This document shows, piece after piece, positions 27,145 to 33,408 of a stretch of 33,408 nt of DNA; within the stretch, counting starts at the first letter, position 1, and each line of letters starts with the position of its first letter. The position numbers were made by a program, and so were the translations under genes. The stretch is from a virus: the UHGV virus genome UHGV-0124208. One strand, 5' to 3'. Under the pieces are notes generated by a model. The model was not told the DNA's origin. It saw nothing but the letters and a program-made list of their open reading frames with translations, and made no database searches.

Positions 27145-29555
27145 GTCATGACGATATGAACAATTGCAGCGGCTTTAACGAGGCCGCCGCAGCATTTTCA
27201 TGGAACGGCCCGAAAAAGGCCATTAACCCTTATCTGGACCCGGCGGAAGTTGCGCCGGAGTCTGCACTTTCAAACCTGATCACTCTGTACGCTGCCGATA
27301 ACGAGCAGGAACAACTGCGCCGCGAGGCACTGAGTGAGCAGGTCTGGGAGCGTTATTTCTTTAATGAATCCCGTGATCCTGTCCAGCGCGAAATGGAGCA
27401 GGATAAGCTCATTAGCCGGGCAAAGCTGGCGCATGAGCAGCAGCGTTTTAATCCGGACATGGTCATTCTGGCGGACGTAAACGCCCAGCCTTCCCATATC
27501 AGCAAGCCGCTGATGCAACGTATTGAATACTTCAGCAGCCTGGGCAGGCCAAAGGCTTATTCCCGCTATTTGCGTGAGACGATTAAGCCATGTCTGGAGC
27601 GACTGGATTGTGTACGTGACAGTCAGCTATCTGTTTCTTTCCGTTTTATGGCAAGCCATCAAGGGCTGGAGGGTCTGCTGATCCTGCCTGAAATGAGCCA
27701 GGATCAGGTGAAACGCCTGTCCACCCTGGTAGCAGCGCATATGAGCATGTGTCTTGAGGACGCTTGTGGTGATTTGTATGCCACCGATGACGTTAAGCCA
27801 GAAGAAATCCGCAAGACATGGGAAAAGGTGGCAGCGGAAACCCTGCGTCTGGATGTTATCCCGCCTGCGTTTGAGAAACTTCGTCGGAAAAGAAACCGCC
27901 GCAAACCAGTGCCCTATGAACTCATCCCGGGTTCGCTGGCGCGTATGTTGTGTGCCGACTGGTGGTATCGGAAATTATGGAAGATGCGTTGCGAATGGCG
28001 GGAAGAGCAGTTGCGTGCTGTCTGCCTGGTCAGCAAAAAAGCATCCCCCTATGTCAGCTATGAAGCCGTGATGCATAAACGTGAGCAGCGCCGTAAGTCG
28101 CTGGAGTTTTTTCGTTCTCATGAACTGGTGAACGAAGACGGCGACACGCTGGATATGGAAGATGTGGTAAACGCCAGCAGCAGCAACCCGGCGCATCGCC
28201 GCAATGAGATGATGGCCTGTGTTAAAGGTCTGGAGCTTATCGCGGAAATGCGCAGTGACTGTGCCGTTTTCTACACTATCACCTGTCCGTCGCGTTTCCA
28301 TTCCACGCTCAATAACGGCAGACCAAACCCGACCTGGACAAACGCGACGGTAAGACAAAGTAGCGATTATCTGGTCGGCATGTTTGCTGCATTTCGTAAG
28401 GCTATGCATAAAGCCGAGTTGCGCTGGTATGGCGTGCGGGTAGCTGAGCCGCATCATGACGGTACTGTGCACTGGCATCTCATGTGTTTCATGCGTAAAA
28501 AAGACCGCCGCGCCATCACTGCATTACTGCGTAAGTTTGCCATCCGTGAAGACCGCGAGGAGCTGGGCAATAACACGGGACCACGCTTTAAGTCTGAGCT
28601 GATAAACCCGCGCAAAGGTACGCCAACAAGCTATATCGCGAAATACATCAGTAAGAACATTGACGGGCGTGGTCTGGCTGGGGAGATCAGCAAGGAAACG
28701 GGTAAATCCCTGCGTGATAACGCTGAATACGTTAATGCCTGGGCGTCTCTGCATCGTGTTCAGCAATTCCGCTTCTTTGGCATTCCGGGGCGTCAGGCTT
28801 ACCGTGAACTGCGATTGCTGGCTGGTCAGGCGGCAAGGCAACAGGGTGACAAAAAAGCAGGTGCGCCGGTACTGGATAACCCGCGTCTTGATGCAATCCT
28901 GGCTGCTGCTGATGCTGGTTGTTTTGCCACCTACATCATGAAGCAGGGCGGCGTTCTGGTTCCCCGCAAATATCACCTCATCAGAACTGCTTATGAAATC
29001 AACGAAGAACCGACCGCATATGGCGATCACGGTATTCGTATTTATGGCATCTGGTCACCCATTGCAGAGGGCAAGATCTGCACTCATGCGGTGAAGTGGA
29101 AAATGGTTCGTAAGGCCGTTGACGTTCAGGAGGCGGCAGCCGACCAGGGCGCTTGCGCCCCTTGGACTCGTGGCAATAACTGTCCCCTTGCTGAAAATTT
29201 GAACCAACAAGGGAAAGACAAATCAGCTGATGGGGACTCCAGAACGGATATTACCCGTATGAATGACAAGGAGTTGCACGATTACCTGCACAGTATGAGC
29301 AAAAAAGAGCGCCGGGAACTGGCTGCAAGGTTACGCCAGGTGAAACCGAAACGGCGTAAAGACTACAAACAGCGAATTACAGACCATCAGCGACAGCAGC
29401 TCGTCTATGAACTGAAGTCCAGGGGATTTGATGGCAGCGAGAAAGAAGTCGATTTGCTCCTTCGCGGCGGCAGTATTCCGTCAGGAGCAGGCCTGCGTAT
29501 CTTCTATCGGAACCAGCGTCTGAAGGAAGATGATAAGTGGCGGAACCTGTATTAA
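27141..29555 (+). CDS. A: Replication initiator gpA (rolling-circle HUH endonuclease)
   Basis: About 804-aa ORF (ATG 27141) containing [13 protein letters not shown] (HUH-type motif of P2 gpA-family initiators); position as P2 A. Confidence 0.85.
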   Translation: MSHDDMNNCSGFNEAAAAFSWNGPKKAINPYLDPAEVAPESALSNLITLYAADNEQEQLRREALSEQVWERYFFNESRDPVQREMEQDKLISRAKLAHEQQRFNPDMVILADVNAQPSHISKPLMQRIEYFSSLGRPKAYSRYLRETIKPCLERLDCVRDSQLSVSFRFMASHQGLEGLLILPEMSQDQVKRLSTLVAAHMSMCLEDACGDLYATDDVKPEEIRKTWEKVAAETLRLDVIPPAFEKLRRKRNRRKPVPYELIPGSLARMLCADWWYRKLWKMRCEWREEQLRAVCLVSKKASPYVSYEAVMHKREQRRKSLEFFRSHELVNEDGDTLDMEDVVNASSSNPAHRRNEMMACVKGLELIAEMRSDCAVFYTITCPSRFHSTLNNGRPNPTWTNATVRQSSDYLVGMFAAFRKAMHKAELRWYGVRVAEPHHDGTVHWHLMCFMRKKDRRAITALLRKFAIREDREELGNNTGPRFKSELINPRKGTPTSYIAKYISKNIDGRGLAGEISKETGKSLRDNAEYVNAWASLHRVQQFRFFGIPGRQAYRELRLLAGQAARQQGDKKAGAPVLDNPRLDAILAAADAGCFATYIMKQGGVLVPRKYHLIRTAYEINEEPTAYGDHGIRIYGIWSPIAEGKICTHAVKWKMVRKAVDVQEAAADQGACAPWTRGNNCPLAENLNQQGKDKSADGDSRTDITRMNDKELHDYLHSMSKKERRELAARLRQVKPKRRKDYKQRITDHQRQQLVYELKSRGFDGSEKEVDLLLRGGSIPSGAGLRIFYRNQRLKEDDKWRNLY

Positions 29556-29649
29556 TTACGCGGGTTAACAATTCGTGCTCTTAATAATACCAGGCATATC
29601 AGGCCGATGAACGTAAAAAAACGTTTTACATCAGTAAGATTATTATATA

Positions 29650-29665
29650 CTGTAAATATAAACAG
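29650..29665. promoter_or_regulatory. LexA operator (SOS box) upstream of the DinI/Tum-like operon
   Basis: CTGTAAATATAAACAG = CTGT-N8-ACAG with an AT-rich centre, flanked TA...TG (consensus TACTGTATATATATACAGTA); 43 bp upstream of ATG 29708; a -35-like TTTACA at 29625-29630. Confidence 0.75.
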
Positions 29666-29707
29666 TGGTTATGTATACAGTATTGTTTTGGTGTCATAGG
29701 AGGAAAG

Positions 29708-29896
29708 ATGCAGGACTATTTTTTGGAGTCTTTGAAGCTCCAGCGCATTGATTTTTTTCTTAAGCTTGTAGCGGCTAGTGAGTGTAGTGATGAAGAGAAG
29801 GGGCTGGCTCTGCAGTGGGTTTCTGAATTGACTGATGAACTCATGGCAAAAATCAGAAGCCACGAATACAACCGCTCAATGGATGTCATCAGCTGA
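29708..29896 (+). CDS. Small SOS-regulated protein, first gene of the Tum-like module (function unknown; candidate antirepressor component)
   Basis: 62-aa ORF with RBS AGGAGG, directly downstream of the LexA box. Confidence 0.55.
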   Translation: MQDYFLESLKLQRIDFFLKLVAASECSDEEKGLALQWVSELTDELMAKIRSHEYNRSMDVIS

Positions 29897-29906
29897 GGTG
29901 ACTTTT

Positions 29907-30140
29907 ATGCGCATTGAAATAATGATCGATAAAGAGCAGAAGATTAGCCAGTCTACCCTGGACGCACTTGAATCCGAGCTTTACCGCAATCTGCGCCCCC
30001 TGTATCCCAAAACGGTAATTCGCATTCGCAAAGGTAGCTCTAACGGTGTGGAACTAACCGGACTGCAACTGGATGAAGAAAGAAAACAAGTGATGAAAAT
30101 TATGCAGAAGGTGTGGGAGGACGACAGCTGGCTGCATTAA
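29907..30140 (+). CDS. DinI-family protein (Tum C-terminal-domain-like)
   Basis: From ATG 29907: MRIEIMIDKEQKISQSTLDALESELYRNLRPLYPKTVIRIRKGSSNGVELTGLQLDEERKQVMKIMQKVWEDDSWLH, which aligns by eye with E. coli DinI (MRIEVTIAK...; ...ILQETWESADDW). Confidence 0.75.
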   Translation: MRIEIMIDKEQKISQSTLDALESELYRNLRPLYPKTVIRIRKGSSNGVELTGLQLDEERKQVMKIMQKVWEDDSWLH

Positions 30141-30332
30141 GAAATGTTGCCCCCAGGAGGATTCATTCTGATGGGGGCTAGTTTGGGCAATGAGTGAAAT
30201 AAGGCGTAAGGTGGGCGGTTATTTTGATAAGTGATCGTCCGCTTTGTGTCAGAAGCAGAAGTGGGAGTGTCTGAGACTCTCTAAAAGTTGATGATTCACT
30301 TACAAAACCATTTTCCTGATGGATGCTTACAC

Positions 30333-30668
30333 TTACGAATGATCATTCTGTTTAGTCTTCATGAGAAAATCCCGAATCTTTGCCAAGTTTGAATTTTCGG
30401 GGATTGAATCCATGTACGGATCACGCTCAAACACTAATTGCTCAGATTCAACGAAAGCCTGCCACTCTACTGGGTCTAGCTCAAATCCCATTGCTGTCAT
30501 ATCACTTTCATCTTCCCCCTCGATCCAGTGGACTAAATAAAACAATTCATCATCAGGAGAATCATCCTCACCATCAACAATATCAACATCGGTTACAGTG
30601 ATACGTAGGGTGGGATCGATTTTTGAGACATAAATTCCTAACTGTGGTATAGGGGGAATATTGTTCAT
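30333..30668 (-). CDS. Highly acidic small protein of unknown function (accessory / moron gene)
   Basis: 111-aa minus-strand ORF with a strong RBS (AAAGGAGTTTCC before ATG); D/E-rich (e.g. DVDIVDGEDDSPDDE, EGEDESD); AT-rich; lies between the DinI-like gene and the putative cos site. Confidence 0.65.
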   Translation of the reverse strand: MNNIPPIPQLGIYVSKIDPTLRITVTDVDIVDGEDDSPDDELFYLVHWIEGEDESDMTAMGFELDPVEWQAFVESEQLVFERDPYMDSIPENSNLAKIRDFLMKTKQNDHS

Positions 30669-31047
30669 GGAAACTCCTTTTATTGGTGTTTGCTATTTGA
30701 ATAAAAATACGCCAAACAGAGTGTTAACTGTGAATATGGAAAGAATCGTTGTAAGTACCCCGCTTAGGTGTCCCATTCTATTTTAGAGGTTCTCGTGCAT
30801 ATGGATTATGTTATCTGAAAGTTAACTTCCGCTTCCCGTTCACAGCGAACATTCATCTTTGTAAACCCGTATGATCCGTTTTTCAAGTGGCCATTCAGAT
30901 ACGGATTTTCACTTCCTTGACAGTGCATGACTATGCTGCATGAAATCGCATGATCGATTGAGGATCGTCTTTGCTCAGATCCGCCAGAACTGGCGGGCTT
31001 TTGCTCATGTCATGCATGTGCATGAAAACCACTGCATAAAGCGGGCA

Positions 31048-31066
31048 GGCGTGGCGGGGATACGAG
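31048..31066. other. Candidate cos (cohesive-end) site
   Basis: GGCGTGGCGGGGATACGAG: the first 13 nt match the 19-nt cohesive end I recall for 186 (GGCGTGGCGGGGAAAGCAT; P2 GGCGAGGCGGGGAAAGCAC). Lies in the only sizeable non-coding stretch between A and Q. The last 6 nt differ, so the exact ends are uncertain. Confidence 0.45.
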
Positions 31067-31155
31067 CGCGCGCTGATGGGGGACGCAGTGCTTTTGGCAT
31101 AGTTATGAGGTAGAATTTCAAAATACTTTTTAGCGCTGTTGGAGGTATAGACAAA

Positions 31156-31701
31156 ATGGACGTTATAACTGGAGTTGCAGAGTTTTTTCGAAAAGTACCT
31201 GCAGCATTTCTTGTGGCTATTACATGTGTTTTAGGTCTTATACTTTTTCTGCCAGACTCTTTGGCAGTAAAAGTGGCTGTTGATGGCTTTCGTAATGAGT
31301 ATAGGATTTTTATTGGACCTGCATTTTTACTGTCTGTATCTTATTTAGTTGCAAGAGTCTATCTCTCTTTCTATGACTTACTTGGTGAAAGGCAGGCTAA
31401 GAAGGTACGCACTTCCTACCTTGAGAAGCTAACAGCAGAAGAAAAAGGATATTTAAAGTCTTATATTACCGAAGGTGTTAATTCACTTATGTGTGGGCCT
31501 GAGGATGGGGTCATGGGGGGACTTGTGGCTAAGGGGATTACTTATAGAGCCACCAGTGTTGGGGATATGATCTACGGTTTTGCTTTCAACTTACAGCCAT
31601 GGGCGCGTGAACATTTAGAGAAAAATAGTCATTTATTAGATGGGGCTATTGGGCGTGCAATGACTCCAAGAGAAAAATTAAACTTTAGATTGGGACGCTA
31701 A
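31156..31701 (+). CDS. Membrane protein with two N-terminal TM helices, unknown function (accessory gene between cos and Q)
   Basis: 181-aa ORF with RBS GGAGG; hydrophobic segments AAFLVAITCVLGLILFLP and IFIGPAFLLSVSYLVARVYL followed by a soluble domain; AT-rich; followed by a strong hairpin. Confidence 0.65.
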   Translation: MDVITGVAEFFRKVPAAFLVAITCVLGLILFLPDSLAVKVAVDGFRNEYRIFIGPAFLLSVSYLVARVYLSFYDLLGERQAKKVRTSYLEKLTAEEKGYLKSYITEGVNSLMCGPEDGVMGGLVAKGITYRATSVGDMIYGFAFNLQPWAREHLEKNSHLLDGAIGRAMTPREKLNFRLGR

Positions 31702-31730
31702 CCAGTCACACATTACCAATGTGTGACTGG
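31702..31730. terminator. Perfect 13-bp stem / 3-nt loop hairpin between the convergent 181-aa gene and Q (putative bidirectional terminator)
   Basis: CCAGTCACACATT-acc-AATGTGTGACTGG read directly, followed on the plus strand by a T-rich run (TGGTGGTTATTTCTTTTATT). Confidence 0.6.
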
Positions 31731-31745
31731 TGGTGGTTATTTCTT

Positions 31746-32783
31746 TTATTCAATGTCAAATTTATATGGTTCAAAAGAAATAACCTTTTCCCCCAACCAC
31801 TCATTTAGTTCTTCGAGTCTTTTTTGTAGCGGTATTAACTCATTACGGACAAAGACGCGGCTGGCTTTTTCCACATCACCAAAGCCGCCGGTATTGTTGG
31901 GAATAATCCCCATCATCTGCGGCGGTACGCGGTGTGCTGCCATCATGTCATCGCGGCTCACGTTCTTAATGTTCAGAAATTCATCCTTTGCTGCAACCTC
32001 AGACAGTGGGATGATCTGGATGCCGTCTTTTTTACCGTTGGGCGAATACATAAACAGGTTGCGGAAGTTGCCCGGACCTTTGGCGCTTTTCATCGCGTTG
32101 CGGAGGTTGTTCACATCCTCCTGGTTCTGCGCGGCGTCAGTCATATACATGATGAAGCCTGCATGGCTGCCGTTGATGTAATACTTACGGCGGAACAGCG
32201 TGGCGGACTCGTTGAGCAGGGCTGACGGAATGGCAGAAAGATAACCGGGCAGGCCGTAGATCTCCTGATTAATATCCGGTTCCATCAGATGAAAAATGCT
32301 GCCTTTCGTGAACTGATACGGCTGGGTTGTCATACCGTATTGCACAAACCAGTAGGTATCCAGGTCTAATCCGCGTCGGGTGTATTTTGCCAGCGCAGGT
32401 TCAAGGGCGATCACTTCACCGAAGCGGTTCGTGCGTTTCTCCAGATAGGCATTGCCAAATACCAGATAGTCCTGCACAAAACGCGAAAAAGCCTGCTGGC
32501 TGAGCAGAGGATGAGGGATATAGGTACTGGTCAGAATGTTACACTTTACTGCAATCGGGGAACTGTGATGCACGGCAGCGCGGAAGGTGCGCGCCAGTCC
32601 GTTAAAGCTGACGGGAGGCTCATACCAGCGGTCCATCTGTACGCATTCCACATAGTCCAGCAGTTCACGGCGGTCCAGAACAGGAACGGGATCGCCGAAG
32701 CTGAATGCTTCGGCTGTAGTTTGACTTTTAAGCTGGATCTGATTCGTCGCCGCAGCGCGGTTCTTCTTACTCTTTCCCATCAA
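31746..32783 (-). CDS. Q: Portal protein gpQ
   Basis: 345-aa minus-strand ORF immediately downstream of, and overlapping, the terminase gene; size and order as P2 Q. Confidence 0.85.
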   Translation of the reverse strand: MMGKSKKNRAAATNQIQLKSQTTAEAFSFGDPVPVLDRRELLDYVECVQMDRWYEPPVSFNGLARTFRAAVHHSSPIAVKCNILTSTYIPHPLLSQQAFSRFVQDYLVFGNAYLEKRTNRFGEVIALEPALAKYTRRGLDLDTYWFVQYGMTTQPYQFTKGSIFHLMEPDINQEIYGLPGYLSAIPSALLNESATLFRRKYYINGSHAGFIMYMTDAAQNQEDVNNLRNAMKSAKGPGNFRNLFMYSPNGKKDGIQIIPLSEVAAKDEFLNIKNVSRDDMMAAHRVPPQMMGIIPNNTGGFGDVEKASRVFVRNELIPLQKRLEELNEWLGEKVISFEPYKFDIE

Positions 32784-33408
32784 AAAATCTCCACAATATT
32801 GCTGGTATTGGCGGATTCGCCCTGCAGCGGTTCGTTAAACAGTGCGTGCATCGTTGCCCAAGCCAGATCGGCGTGGCTGGCTTCTTCGCTGCGGCTGGCT
32901 TCATAGGTCGGGCGGTTGCCACTGGCGGTGGTGGCGCGACGGATTGCCATGAATGACTGCGCAATGTCGGTGTGCCCGGCGTCAAACTCCAGACGGCGGT
33001 GGCTGATAATGTCGTAGGCCTTGAGTACCAGGGCGTTTTTAACGTTGGGGTTGTAGACAAACTCCCGGACGGCAGGAAAGAACGCTTTCACGTTCTCATA
33101 AACCCCGTGACCAACGCCGGTTGAGTCGATACCGATGTATGTCACGTTGTACTGTTCAGTCAGTTTTTTGATGGCGTTAGCCTGGGCGCGGAAGTCCATC
33201 CCGCGCCACTGGTGACGCTCAAGAATGCGGAACTTACCGCCCGGCACGGCTGGCGGTGCCACCACCACGCACCCGGCGCTGTCGCCGTTTTGCGTACCTT
33301 TTGCCGGGTCATAACCGATCCACACTTCGCGCCAGCCAAACGGGCGCAGGGCCAGTGCATGAAAGTCGGTCCAGACTTCCCAACTGTCCACCATGCACGC
33401 CTGCAGCT
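32780..33408 (-). CDS. P: Terminase large subunit gpP, C-terminal portion (208 codons + 2 nt); N-terminal part is at 1..1138
   Basis: Minus-strand ORF open to the window end; positions 33407-33408 plus position 1 form a GAG codon, so the two pieces join in frame (379 + 1 + 208 = 588 codons; P2 gpP is about 590 aa). Confidence 0.85.
   Translation of the reverse strand, partial: LQACMVDSWEVWTDFHALALRPFGWREVWIGYDPAKGTQNGDSAGCVVVAPPAVPGGKFRILERHQWRGMDFRAQANAIKKLTEQYNVTYIGIDSTGVGHGVYENVKAFFPAVREFVYNPNVKNALVLKAYDIISHRRLEFDAGHTDIAQSFMAIRRATTASGNRPTYEASRSEEASHADLAWATMHALFNEPLQGESANTSNIVEIF

Noticed and set aside
29666-29684. Second LexA box immediately downstream of the first
   Set aside because: Only a TACAGTA half-site is present (CAGTGGTTATGTATACAG lacks the 5' CTGT); not a full CTGT-N8-ACAG operator.
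30149-30178. Hairpin GCCCCCA-(16 nt)-TGGGGGC between the DinI-like gene and the acidic gene as a bidirectional terminator
   Set aside because: The loop is long and no clear U-tract follows on either strand; possible but too weak to call.
1-33408. Integrated prophage with host flanking DNA and attL/attR at the ends
   Set aside because: Both window ends are coding halves of one terminase gene joined in frame, and attP lies internally next to int in the phage configuration; no host genes are present.
1-33408. CRISPR arrays, rRNA or tRNA genes
   Set aside because: No regularly spaced direct repeats with unique spacers and no tRNA-like or rRNA-like sequences were seen; coding density leaves no room except the att and cos regions.

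Overview
This window reads as a complete, circularly permuted genome (33,408 bp) of a P2/186-like temperate myovirus of Enterobacteriaceae, not a prophage with host flanks. The two window ends are halves of one terminase large-subunit gene (minus strand) that join in frame across the wrap-around. The backbone is the conserved P2 late region: portal Q and terminase P leftward; O-N-M-L-X, lysis cassette, R-S, V-W-J-I-H-G, FI-FII-E(E')-T-U-D and ogr rightward. It is followed by attP, int, a 186-type immunity region (tandem-HTH CI, Apl, CII), small early genes, a Dam-type methylase, replication initiator A, and a LexA-box-controlled DinI/Tum-like module. Accessory content that stands out: (1) an OLD-family ATPase/Toprim nuclease inserted between cI and int; (2) a Gin/Hin-type invertible tail-fibre segment with invertase in the P2 Z/fun position; (3) an AT-rich two-TM membrane protein between the putative cos site and Q, and an acidic 111-aa protein on the other side of cos (the P2 tin/old hotspot position). 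All product calls are from reading the translations and recalled family features; no database search was run.
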